Assembly (NCBI GenBank): GCA_963743305.1
Contig: CAVUPH010000035.1
Span: 1 to 44,956, forward strand
DNA length: 44,956 nucleotides
Source of the DNA: an uncultured delta proteobacterium
GTDB lineage: Bacteria; Desulfobacterota; RBG-13-43-22
Reading direction: 5' to 3'
Part shown: piece after piece, positions 30,260 to 39,563 of the stretch
How positions within the stretch are numbered: the stretch's first letter is position 1
Layout: the number at the start of each line of letters is the position of its first letter
Notes under the pieces: generated by a model
What the model was told of the DNA's origin: nothing
Databases searched by the model: none
Seen by the model: only the letters and a program-made list of their open reading frames with translations
Program-made: the position numbers and the translations under genes

Positions 30260-31343
30260 TTATATGGCCTTTCGCAGGAAAGGCCGGCATTCCTGAGAAA
30301 AGGAGATCAACTGATCGAGTTTGTTTCTGGCCTGGCCGGAATCGATGGACTGCTCTCCCCGCCGGAGGCCTTCACTGAAATTTTTATCCAGCCCGGCAGC
30401 CATAAAAGCGGCCGCGGCATTCATTAAGACCATCTCCCGCTTCGGTCCCTGTTCCCCTTCCAGGATGGACCGGATGATCCGGGCGTTGGCGGCGGCGTCC
30501 CCGCCCCGGATCGCCTCCAGGTCGGCCCGTTGGAATCCCAATTCCTCGGGTGTCAGCTCAAAGGTCCTGACCTGATTATTCTGTAAGATGGGAAACCCGG
30601 GTCGGTCCGCAGATGCTGATTTCATCCAGGGACCCTTCACCGCAGACCACGAAGGCTTCCCGGGATCCCAGCCTTTGGAGGACCTGGGCCAGTTTTTCAG
30701 TCAACTCCGGAGCATAAACCCCCATCACCTGGGCCGAGGCCCCGGCCGGGTTGGTCAAGGGTCCGAGGAGGTTGAAGATGGTCCGCAGGCCGATCTCCTG
30801 CCGAGGCCCGGCCGCGTGTTTCATGGCACTGTGAAAAAGAGGGGCGTACAGAAAACCGATCCCGCATTCCCTCAGGCAGCGTTCCACATCGGACCGGGTC
30901 AGGTCCAGATTGACCCCCAACTGTTCCAGGACGTCGGCACTGCCGCACTGGCTGGAGACGGCCCGGTTACCGTGTTTGGCTACCTTGACCCCGGCGCCGG
31001 CGGCTACCAAGGCGGTGGCGGTGGAAACGTTGAAGGTCCGGGTCCCGTCTCCGCCGGTGCCGCAGGTATCCAGGATGGTTTCTTCCTCAATGTTGATCTC
31101 GTCCCGGTCCAGGTTGATCGAATGATTGCTCAGGTTTAACCTGGCGGCTCGGGCCCGCAAGGCCCGGGCCGCGCCGGTGATTTCTTCGACCGTTTCTCCC
31201 TTGATACGCAGGGCCGTGATGAAGGCCCCGATTTGGGCCGGCGTGGTCTGCCCGCTGATGATTTCGTCCATGGCCCGTTCCATTTCCTCTTCACCCAGGT
31301 CCTCGCCGTGGACCGCTTTGGAAATAGCGTTTTTAATTTCCAT
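30260..31343 (-). CDS. trpD: Anthranilate phosphoribosyltransferase (frameshift near 30590)
   Basis: [31 protein letters not shown]; C-terminus in ORF 30260-30640. Confidence 0.93.
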
Positions 31344-31932
31344 TTTTTCTTCCTCCTCGATTACTTTGAATGGCGTTAAAAAAGTTTTTTATCAACTGGT
31401 TTCCTTGTTCCGTCAGGATGGATTCCGGGTGGAACTGCACCCCTTCCACCGGATGGTCCCGATGGCGGAGCCCCATGATCTCTCCCTGATCACTCCAGGC
31501 GCTAATCTCCAGACAGTCGGGTAAGGTGTCCCGGTCCACTATCAGGGAATGATAGCGAATGGCCTCAAAGGGGTTGGGCAGTCCCTGATAAAGGGTTCGT
31601 CCATCATGAAAAATCGGGCAGGTTTTCCCGTGCATGATCCGTTTGGCCCGGACAACACGGCCTCCAAAGGCGTAAGCGATGGTCTGGTGGCCCAGGCAGA
31701 CCCCTAGGATCGGTAGGGTCTCATGGCATTTTCGGATGACCTCCGGGGTCTGGCCGGTCTCCCGGGGGGAGCAGGGTCCGGGTGACAGGAAAATCGCTTC
31801 CCAGCGGCTGGCCTGAATTTCTTCCAGGGTGATCTCGTCCTTTCGCCGGACTAAGACCCGACGATCCTGCCCGGAGATTAATTGTACCAGGTTGAAGGTA
31901 AATGAGTCGTAGTGGTCGATCATTAAGTTCAT
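31333..31932 (-). CDS. trpG: Anthranilate synthase component II
   Basis: [30 protein letters not shown]. Confidence 0.95.
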   Translation of the reverse strand: MNLMIDHYDSFTFNLVQLISGQDRRVLVRRKDEITLEEIQASRWEAIFLSPGPCSPRETGQTPEVIRKCHETLPILGVCLGHQTIAYAFGGRVVRAKRIMHGKTCPIFHDGRTLYQGLPNPFEAIRYHSLIVDRDTLPDCLEISAWSDQGEIMGLRHRDHPVEGVQFHPESILTEQGNQLIKNFFNAIQSNRGGRKNGN

Positions 31933-33416
31933 GGGTCCAATCCTTTGAAGGCCATCGACAGGGCCTCCATCGGCCCTCGGGCTTTGTTCAGGGTTTCCTG
32001 GAACTCGGACAGCGGGTCGGAGTCAGCCACGATGCCCGCTCCGGCCTGGATGGCTAGGGTCTGGCCGTGAATCACGATGGTCCGAATGGTGATGCAGAAA
32101 TCCATATTTCCGTCAAAACTGAAATAGCCAACGGCCCCTCCGTAGGGGCCCCGCGGCCCCGGTTCCAATTCATGAATGATCTCCATGGCCCGGATCTTGG
32201 GGGCGCCGGTCAGGGTCCCGGCCGGGAATGCCGCCCGGAAGACGTCGAAGCAGTCCTTCCCTTCGGCCACTTCAGCGCGGATATGGGAAACCAGGTGCAT
32301 GACATGGGAATAGCGTTCCACGATCATCAATTCACGGACCTGGACCGTCCCGGTCCGGGCGATCCTTCCCAGGTCGTTCCTACCCAGATCCACGAGCATA
32401 ATGTGTTCGGCCCGTTCCTTGGGATCTTCGAGGAGTTCTTGGGCCAGCTTTCTGTCTTCCGCCTCTCCGGCACCTCTCTTTCTGGTTCCGGCGATGGGCC
32501 GTACTTCCGCTATGTTTCCCTCCTGGCGGACCAACACCTCCGGGGATGAACCGATCAAGACCAGATCACCCATTTTTAGATAGAAAAGATAAGGTGAAGG
32601 ATTGATACGACGCAGAGCCCGATAAAGCCTCCAGGGATCCTGTGGGGCCGGACCTTGGAAAGACTGGGAAAGAACCACTTGAATGACGTCTCCGGAAACG
32701 ATGTACTCCTTGGCCCGCTGCACCAGGTCCTGGAAACATTCAGGGGTCACCTGGGCTTCAAGGGCGGGGGGCACGGCCTGGGCGACGACGGGGTTATCCT
32801 GTTCCAACGGGGTTCGAATGCGGTCAACCAGGAGATCAATCTTCCGGACCTGTTCCTCATAAAGCGTTTTGAGATCCCTTCTTCCTTCCGTATAGGCACA
32901 GGCCACGATCTGGATCGTCTGCCGGAGATGATCGAAAATCAATCAAAGTGTCGGTGATCAGGAAGATGGCCTCCTCTTTCCAGGGTCCTTCGTTTTTTCG
33001 GGGTGGCAGTCTTTCCAGGAATCCGGCCAGCTCGTAGGCGAAGAAACCCACGGCCCCGCCAGAAAAACGGGGCAAACCCGGAACGGGGACCGGGCGGTAA
33101 CGGCCTAACAAACCCTTCAGACAGCCCAGGGGGTCTCCCTGATGGGGATCGTCGATGGACCGTATCCCTTTTCCTGAATCAGGATCTCCTCCCCCCGGAC
33201 CGTAAAGATCGTCTCGGGGTCGGTTCCCAGGAAAGAGTAGCGACCCCATTTTTCCCCTCCTTCCAGGCTTTCCAGGAGGAAATAATAAGGGGAGCCGCCC
33301 AATTTCCGGAGGAGGGCCACCGGGGTTTCCAGGTCGCCGAGGATCTCGCGGTAGATGGGGATCAGGTTTCCCTGTGCGGAAAGTTTCTCAAAAGTTGTAA
33401 AATCCGGTGTAAACAT
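31929..33416 (-). CDS. trpE: Anthranilate synthase component I (two apparent frameshifts)
   Basis: LLESLEGGEKWGRYSF, FSGGAVG, NPSPY, RPIAGT, GAPKIRAM across three frames. Confidence 0.93.
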
Positions 33417-33437
33417 CAACTGTTTTCCTTCCGAAAT

Positions 33438-33471
33438 AAAAAAAGGCCGTGAGCGTTCACGGCCTTTTTTT
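33438..33471 (-). terminator. trp leader terminator T2 (just upstream of trpE)
   Basis: A7-GGCCGTGA-loop-TCACGGCC-T7. Confidence 0.8.
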
Positions 33472-33483
33472 ATAGATACAAAT

Positions 33484-33526
33484 AAAAAAAGCCGTGGAGA
33501 ACCGGAGCGGCTCTCCACGGCTTTTT
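33484..33526 (-). terminator. trp attenuator terminator T1
   Basis: Minus strand AAAAAGCCGTGGAGAGCCG-CTC-CGGTTCTCCACGGC-T7. Confidence 0.85.
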
Positions 33527-33542
33527 AGTTATTGGCTTTGAC

Positions 33543-33617
33543 TTAGCGGTGGACGAACCCCTCCCTCGAATTCTGCCACCACCACCAGTTGTTGTTTAAA
33601 GTTAAATAGGATTGCAT
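33543..33617 (-). CDS. trpL: trp operon leader peptide, 24 aa: MQSYLTLNNNWWWWQNSREGFVHR
   Basis: Four tandem TGG codons; AAGGGG RBS; the 3' end TCCACCGCT can pair with the T1 5' arm AGCCGTGGA. Confidence 0.9.
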   Translation of the reverse strand: MQSYLTLNNNWWWWQNSREGFVHR

Positions 33618-33644
33618 AAATTCCCCTTAGAAAAATTGGAATAA

Positions 33645-33673
33645 AGTTTACCAGACCTACCTATCCGTGTCAA
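33645..33673 (-). promoter_or_regulatory. sigma70 promoter for the trp operon
   Basis: TTGACA-17 bp-TAAACT. Confidence 0.75.
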
Positions 33674-33700
33674 ACATTTTTTTGACGACGAAAAAAATGC

Positions 33701-33729
33701 TTGACACGGATAGGAGTACCGTTTATAAA
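33701..33729 (+). promoter_or_regulatory. sigma70 promoter for the aro operon
   Basis: TTGACA-17 bp-TATAAA. Confidence 0.8.
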
Positions 33730-33770
33730 AAAAGAAAATTTATTTGAGGATTCAAAAAGACGTAACCACC

Positions 33771-33845
33771 ATGATCAGCCTTCAGTCCCAACAAGATTTT
33801 TATTACTTTTATTACTGGCCGGGGACCCGTCTGCTCATGGATTGA
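33771..33845 (+). CDS. Putative aro operon leader peptide, 24 aa: MISLQSQQDFYYFYYWPGTRLLMD
   Basis: Seven consecutive aromatic codons; lies between the promoter and a terminator; the 3' part GTCTGCTCATGG can pair (with G-U) with CCGTGGGCGGAC of the terminator. Confidence 0.82.
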   Translation: MISLQSQQDFYYFYYWPGTRLLMD

Positions 33846-33864
33846 TTTCTTTTTTTTCGAAATT

Positions 33865-33904
33865 AAAAAGCCGTGGGCGGACTAAAGCTCACGGCTTTTT
33901 TTTT
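33865..33904 (+). terminator. aro attenuator terminator
   Basis: AAAAAGCCGTGGGC-loop-GCTCACGGC-T9, upstream of aroK. Confidence 0.85.
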
Positions 33905-33933
33905 GGTCTAAAATGGCTGGATGCTGAAGAAGA

Positions 33934-34476
33934 ATGAATATTGTCTTAATCGGATATCGATGCTCGGGGAAAACCACGGTGGGAAGGCTTTTAGCCGCCA
34001 GGACCGGAAAGGACTTTCGAGATACGGACAGTCTGGTTGAGGAAACTGCAGGGATTTCCATTGAAGACCTGGTTTCCAGGGGAGGCTGGGACCCCTTTAG
34101 GACCCTGGAGAAACAGGCGGTCCAGGCGGTTTCCGCGCAAGACAACCAGGTGATCGCTGTCGGCGGCGGGGCGGTCCTGGAACAAGAAAACGTTCGGAAT
34201 CTGGTCCGAGGGGGCTTTGTCGTCTGGCTCGATGGAACAGCGGAAATGTTACGGGGGCGCATGGAAGGGGAGCAGCGGTTAGGCAGGATTCGACCTTCCC
34301 TTACCGGTGAGGACCCTTTGACTGAGATTCGGCAGGTTCTGAAAACCCGTCGGCCCGTTTATGAAAAGGTCTCCGCTTTGCGGGTGGATACCTCCGCCCT
34401 TGGACCGGAAGAAACGGCCACCGTTATTATCGAGGCCCTGTCGGAGAAAGGGGAGAAGCGAGTTCATGGCGGGTAA
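33934..34476 (+). CDS. aroK: Shikimate kinase
   Basis: LIGYRCSGKTTVG, DTD, FRTLE, GGGAV, RPSL. Confidence 0.93.
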   Translation: MNIVLIGYRCSGKTTVGRLLAARTGKDFRDTDSLVEETAGISIEDLVSRGGWDPFRTLEKQAVQAVSAQDNQVIAVGGGAVLEQENVRNLVRGGFVVWLDGTAEMLRGRMEGEQRLGRIRPSLTGEDPLTEIRQVLKTRRPVYEKVSALRVDTSALGPEETATVIIEALSEKGEKRVHGG

Positions 34477-35572
34477 TTCCATCGGAGAACTGTTCAGGGT
34501 GACCACCTTCGGGGAATCACATGGGGAAGGGATTGGAGCGGTGATCGACGGTTGTCCTTCGCGGATCGCTTTGTCTCCGGAAGATTTCGTTCCGGCCATG
34601 GCCCGTCGCCGCCCCGGGCGGAACACCCTCGATACGCCGCGTCGGGAAGAGGACCGGGTGGAAATCCTCTCCGGGGTTTTCGAAGGCGAGACCACCGGCA
34701 CCCCTATAGCCCTTTTCATTCGCAACCGGGATGTCGACAGCCGGCCCTATGAAGTCCTGCGAAACGCCTTTCGGCCCGGCCACGCCGACTACAGCTATTA
34801 TCGGAAGTACGGCCACTTCGATTTCCGGGGCGGCGGCAGGTCGTCGGCCCGGGAAACGGCGGCCCGGGTGGCGGCCGGCGTGGTGGCCCAAAAGATCCTG
34901 GAGCCGGCAGGGATTCAGGTGGCCGCCTGGACCCTGGAATTAGGCGGTATTCGGGCCCGAAAAATTATTCCCGAGGCCGTCGAAAATAACCCTTTTTTCT
35001 GCCCTGATCCCGATGTGGTGCCGGAGGTGGAAGCGGTTCTAAAAAAAGCCCGGCAGGAAGACGACTCCCTGGGGGGGATTGTGGAGGTCCGGGTCCTGGG
35101 CTGTCCCCCCGGATTGGGAGAGCCGGTATTCGACAAACTGGATGCTGAACTGGCCCGGGCCGTCATGTCGGTGGGCGCAGTCAAGGGGGTTGAAATCGGG
35201 GCCGGTTTTGCGGCTGCCCGGCTTAGGGGGTCGGAAAACAACGATCCCCTGACCCCCGCGGGCTTCCGGACGAACCGGGCCGGCGGTATTCTGGGGGGGA
35301 TTTCCAACGGTGACGAAATCATCCTGCGGGCGGCGATCAAGCCCATTCCTTCCATCAAACGGGAGCAGGATACCATCACCAGGGAAGGGGCGGCCGTTAA
35401 ACTCCATCTGGAAGGCCGGTACGATATTTCGGCTGTCCCCCGCGTGGTCCCGGTCCTGGAAGCGATGATCCGGATCGTCCTGGCGGATCACCTGCTTCGC
35501 TTCCGGGCCGTCACAGGGGAAGAGTCTTTCTTGGACCGCAGACCAATGCGGACAACTGACGACCGAGGATAA
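34466..35572 (+). CDS. aroC: Chorismate synthase
   Basis: TTFGESHG, RPGHAD, GGGRSSARETA, GGILGGISNG. Confidence 0.96.
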   Translation: MAGNSIGELFRVTTFGESHGEGIGAVIDGCPSRIALSPEDFVPAMARRRPGRNTLDTPRREEDRVEILSGVFEGETTGTPIALFIRNRDVDSRPYEVLRNAFRPGHADYSYYRKYGHFDFRGGGRSSARETAARVAAGVVAQKILEPAGIQVAAWTLELGGIRARKIIPEAVENNPFFCPDPDVVPEVEAVLKKARQEDDSLGGIVEVRVLGCPPGLGEPVFDKLDAELARAVMSVGAVKGVEIGAGFAAARLRGSENNDPLTPAGFRTNRAGGILGGISNGDEIILRAAIKPIPSIKREQDTITREGAAVKLHLEGRYDISAVPRVVPVLEAMIRIVLADHLLRFRAVTGEESFLDRRPMRTTDDRG

Positions 35573-35576
35573 AACG

Positions 35577-35729
35577 ATGAGTAATTTTTGTGATAGCCGC
35601 CGGTATTACTGGTATTACTTTTCTAACTGGACAGGTCCGCCCCGGCAAACTGCTTTGATTTTCAAAGGCCGTGGGGGGATCGAAACCCACGGCCTTTCTT
35701 ATTTCAAAAGGAGAAAAAATCATGGATAA
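35577..35729 (+). CDS. Putative second aromatic leader peptide (MSNFCDSRRYYWYYFSNW...)
   Basis: GAGG RBS, ATG 4 nt after the aroC stop, YYWYYF run. As assembled it reads through the terminator to a TAA just inside the aroF 5' end. Confidence 0.7.
   Translation: MSNFCDSRRYYWYYFSNWTGPPRQTALIFKGRGGIETHGLSYFKRRKNHG
35664..35704 (+). terminator. Internal attenuator terminator upstream of aroF
   Basis: AAAGGCCGTGGG-loop-CCCACGGCCTTT-CTTATTT. Confidence 0.75.
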
Positions 35730-36594
35730 CCTGAAACTCAGCATTAAAAACGGTAACCCGGACAAGCGTACGATCGTCACCGTCGGCTCGGTTCGAGTCG
35801 GAGAAGACTTTGTCGTCATCGCCGGACCCTGCAGCGTGGAAAGCGAAGAACAAGCCCTTCAAACCGCCCGGGCGGTAAAAAAGGCGGGGGCCAACATGCT
35901 TCGCGGCGGGGCCTTCAAACCGCGGACCTCTCCGTATGATTTCCAGGGATTGGGGCTCAAGGGTTTGAAGATTTTGGAAAAGGCCAGGAAGGAAACCGGT
36001 CTGCCGGTGGTTACCGAAGTGACCGACCCTCGGGATGTTTCCTGGGTCAGCGAATATGCGGACGTCCTCCAGATCGGAACCCGTAACATGCAGAATTTTT
36101 CATTGCTTAAGGAGGTAGGCAAGATGAACAAACCGGTGCTCCTGAAAAGAGGCATGTACTCCACCCTGAAGGAATGGCTGAGTTGCGCCGAGTATATCCT
36201 GGCGGGTGGGAACTCCCAGGTCATTCTCTGTGAACGTGGGATCCGGACCTTCGAAACCTATACCCGCAACACGCTGGATCTGAGCATTGTTCCGGCGGTC
36301 AAAGAGATTTCCCACCTGCCCATCATCGTCGACCCGTCCCACGGGACCGGCCGATTGAGCCTGATCGAACCCATGAGCCTGGCGGCCCTGGCCGCGGGGG
36401 CAGACGGGATCATCGTGGAAGTGCATTACAGGCCGGCCGAGGCCTTGTGTGACAAGGACCAGGCCATGTCGCCTGTCCTGTTTACCGGGATGATGAACAA
36501 ACTGCGAGGTCTGAAAGAGGCCCTGGGGGACAGAGACCCTCTGACTGCGGTAGTGGAAGTGGGGCCGCTGCCCCTGGCCGTGGCGGGCCGCTAA
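35722..36594 (+). CDS. aroF: DAHP synthase type I-beta, without N-terminal regulatory domain
   Basis: IAGPCSVES, RGGAFKPRTSPYDFQG, LCERGIRTFE, DPSH; AGGAG RBS before ATG 35722. Confidence 0.92.
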   Translation: MDNLKLSIKNGNPDKRTIVTVGSVRVGEDFVVIAGPCSVESEEQALQTARAVKKAGANMLRGGAFKPRTSPYDFQGLGLKGLKILEKARKETGLPVVTEVTDPRDVSWVSEYADVLQIGTRNMQNFSLLKEVGKMNKPVLLKRGMYSTLKEWLSCAEYILAGGNSQVILCERGIRTFETYTRNTLDLSIVPAVKEISHLPIIVDPSHGTGRLSLIEPMSLAALAAGADGIIVEVHYRPAEALCDKDQAMSPVLFTGMMNKLRGLKEALGDRDPLTAVVEVGPLPLAVAGR

Positions 36595-36603
36595 GGGAAG
36601 CCG

Positions 36604-37630
36604 ATGCCGGTATTAACGATCCAGGGCCGGATGGGGGATTCAACCCTGGTGGTCGGGGAAAGCCTTCAGAACCTCTCCCGTTATCTCCCTGCCGGGAAAA
36701 CCGTTATTATCACCGATGCCAATGTCAGGGAAGCCTACGAGCGGCTTTTCCCCCCGGCGGAGATCATCGAGATCGGCACGGGCGAGGGGATAAAGAACCT
36801 CGAGACGGTAGGCCGGGTTTACGAAGCCTTGGTCCGCTACGAAGCCGATCGGGCTTCTTTCCTGGTGGGTATCGGCGGCGGGATTGTCTGTGACGTAACC
36901 GGCTATGCCGCTTCGACCTATCTGCGGGGCCTGAAATTCGGCTTCGTGGCCACCACATTGTTGGCCCAGGTCGATGCCGCCGTGGGCGGGAAAAACGGTG
37001 TCAATTGGGAGGGCTATAAAAATATGATCGGGGTGTTCAGCCAACCCGATTTTGTGATTTGTGATCCGGTCCTGCTGCAGAACCCTCCCCCGAAGAGAGG
37101 TCCTTTCCGGGATGGCGGAGGTCATTAAACACGCGCTGATCGCCGATGTCGATCTATTTTTCTATCTGGAAGAAAACGGCCCGGCGGTGTTGGATCTCAG
37201 GCCGGAGGTGGTGGAAAGGTTGGTGGAAGATTCCGTAGGGATTAAATCCTCCATTGTCAACCGGGATGAGCGGGAGCAGGGGGAAAGGCGGGTGCTGAAT
37301 TTCGGGCATACCTTTGGTCATGCCCTGGAAAGGGCCGTCGGGGTTTCCCATGGAGAGGCCGTCAGTGCCGGTATGGTCTTGGCGGCGGCGATTTCCGAAC
37401 AAAAAGGCTATCTGCCTGGCTATGATCGGGAAAGGATTGAGAGGCTGCTTTCCTCCCTGGGGCTGCCGCGGCAACTTCCCTGCCCGAGAGAGCGGCTGCT
37501 GGAGGCCTTGCGAAAAGATAAAAAACGGGAAGGGGAGAGGCTACATTTTGTGTTGTTGAAGGCCCTGGGCCGGGCCGTGGTGGAAGAGATGTCTCTCAAG
37601 GAATTGGAAGAGCATCTTTCTTGGGCTTAA
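36604..37630 (+). CDS. aroB: 3-dehydroquinate synthase (frameshift near 37080)
   Basis: GEGIK, GGGIVCD, TTLLAQVDAAVGGK, LNFGHTFGHALE, HGEAV, DKK. Confidence 0.93.
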
Positions 37631-37737
37631 GGGGTGCAGCGATTCATACGAAGATAAACTCGCTCTCACTGAAAAGTTGAGCATCGAACATCGAACTTCC
37701 AACATCGAATGTTGAATACGAAACAAGGAAACCGATT

Positions 37738-38793
37738 ATGACCCTAGAAGAGATCAGAAAGAATATCGACCGTCTGGATACCCGAATATTGAAACTCCTG
37801 AACGACCGGATGGAGCAGGCTCTGATGGTCCGAAAGTTAAAGCAGCGGATCGAGGATCCGGAAAGGGAACAGCAAGTCCTGGAGCAGATCCGGCGCAACG
37901 CCACGGAATTGATCCATCCGGAATTTATCGAGCGGATCTATTTGGAGATCATTCAGGAGAGCAAGACGCTGCAGCAAAAAAACCGGGAGCTGATCGCCTT
38001 CCAGGGCGAACATGGGGCCTACAGCGAGGTCGCCGGCCGGGCCTGGGATCCGAATCTGGTCCCGATCCCCTGTCCGGAGTTTACCGATCTCTTTGAGGGG
38101 GTGGAGAGCGGTCTTTTCGATTACGGCCTGGTCCCGGTAGAGAATACCCTGGGGGGGATGGTCGGACCGGTAAACGATCTGCTTATCGCAACGGAACTTA
38201 AGGTGGTGGGGGCGGTGGAATTGCCTGTCCATCACTGCCTGCTGGCCCCGCCGGAAATGGACCACCGGGAAATCCGATCGGTTTTTTCCCACCCCCAGGC
38301 TCTGGCCCAATGCCGCCGTTTCCTGGAGCGGAATAAACTGGATCCGGTTCGCTACCACGATACAGCCGGCGCGGCCCGGATGGTAGCGGATAAAAGGCCG
38401 ACCGGAGCGGCCGCCATCGCCAGCGCGATTTGCGCCAAGCTGTATGACCTGGAAATCATCAAGGAGGGGGTTGAAGATCATGAGAGAAACCTGACCCGGT
38501 TCCTGGTCCTTTCCAAAAGGGAGGCCCGGGAGGAGGGAGATAAATGCTCGGCCCTCTTCTCCACCGCCCACAAAGCCGGGACCCTCTTCCGGGTCTTGGA
38601 GGTATTCGCCCGGGAGGGTCTCAATCTAACCCGGATCGAATCGGTTCCCGAAGAGCCGGGTGCGTATGCCTTTTTCCTGGATTTTATGGGGTCGATCCGG
38701 GATCCGCAGGTCCGGAAAGCCATTGAAGAAATCAAAGGGATAACGACCCGTTTCAAACTAATGGGCTGTTACCTGGAAAAGAGGGGTTCATGA
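37738..38793 (+). CDS. pheA: Chorismate mutase / prephenate dehydratase
   Basis: N-terminal AroQ helix domain, VPVEN, SHPQALAQC, TRF, ACT with NLTRIES. Confidence 0.93.
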   Translation: MTLEEIRKNIDRLDTRILKLLNDRMEQALMVRKLKQRIEDPEREQQVLEQIRRNATELIHPEFIERIYLEIIQESKTLQQKNRELIAFQGEHGAYSEVAGRAWDPNLVPIPCPEFTDLFEGVESGLFDYGLVPVENTLGGMVGPVNDLLIATELKVVGAVELPVHHCLLAPPEMDHREIRSVFSHPQALAQCRRFLERNKLDPVRYHDTAGAARMVADKRPTGAAAIASAICAKLYDLEIIKEGVEDHERNLTRFLVLSKREAREEGDKCSALFSTAHKAGTLFRVLEVFAREGLNLTRIESVPEEPGAYAFFLDFMGSIRDPQVRKAIEEIKGITTRFKLMGCYLEKRGS

Positions 38794-39563
38794 AGATAAT
38801 TGTCATCGGGGCCGGAAGGATGGGAACCTGGTTGGTGGAAGCGCTCAGCCCGAATCACGAGGTGTCGGTTTATGATCAGAATCCCCGGAAATTGCAGTAT
38901 TTTTTTCAGGCGAAGAAATTATCCGCCCTGTCGGAGCTTCAGGATCAGGCGCCCGATCTGATGATCAACGCCGTCGATCTGGTTCACACCCGGCAGGCCT
39001 TCGAAGAGGTCCTCTCCTATTTGCCGGAGGACTGTCTGCTGGCCGATATTGCTTCGGTCAAGACCGGCTTGGCGGACCTCTACCGGACCCTGGGGAAACG
39101 GTTTGTCTCCACCCATCCCATGTTCGGGCCGACCTTTGCCGACGTGCGCGACCTCAAGGGTGAGCATGCCATCCTGATCGGAGAATCCGATCCGGTCGGG
39201 AAGGAATTTTTTCGTGATTTTTATCAGGGTCTCCACCTCACGGTCCATGAATATTCCTTTGAAGAGCATGATCGAACCATCGCTTATTCCTTGTCGGTCC
39301 CCTTTGTTTCGACCCTGGTCTTTGCCGCTTGCATGAAAAAACAGGAGGCCCCCGGGACGACCTTTCGCAAGCATATGGACATCGCCCGGGGATTGTTCTC
39401 CGAGGACGATCAATTGTTGACCGAAGTCCTGTTCAATCCGGCCACCATCCGCCAGATCGAGCGGATCAATTCGCGGCTATCTTTCTTAACCCATATCATC
39501 CGGGAACGGGATGCCGAGGAAATGCAGAAATTCTTGGGCCAATTAAGAAGGAATATCGATTGA
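38790..39563 (+). CDS. tyrA: Prephenate dehydrogenase
   Basis: GAGRMG, DIASVK, HPMFGP, EEHD. Confidence 0.88.
   Translation: MKIIVIGAGRMGTWLVEALSPNHEVSVYDQNPRKLQYFFQAKKLSALSELQDQAPDLMINAVDLVHTRQAFEEVLSYLPEDCLLADIASVKTGLADLYRTLGKRFVSTHPMFGPTFADVRDLKGEHAILIGESDPVGKEFFRDFYQGLHLTVHEYSFEEHDRTIAYSLSVPFVSTLVFAACMKKQEAPGTTFRKHMDIARGLFSEDDQLLTEVLFNPATIRQIERINSRLSFLTHIIRERDAEEMQKFLGQLRRNID

Noticed and set aside
33420-33930. T-box or TRAP-type control of trp/aro
   Set aside because: No T-box consensus or (G/U)AG repeat array seen; leader peptides explain the structure.
854-37630. Pseudogenisation or programmed frameshifting in pstS, pstC, pilC, trpE, trpD, trpC and aroB
   Set aside because: Scattered single-base indels in otherwise intact genes with preserved motifs and regulation fit long-read consensus error; read data needed to confirm.
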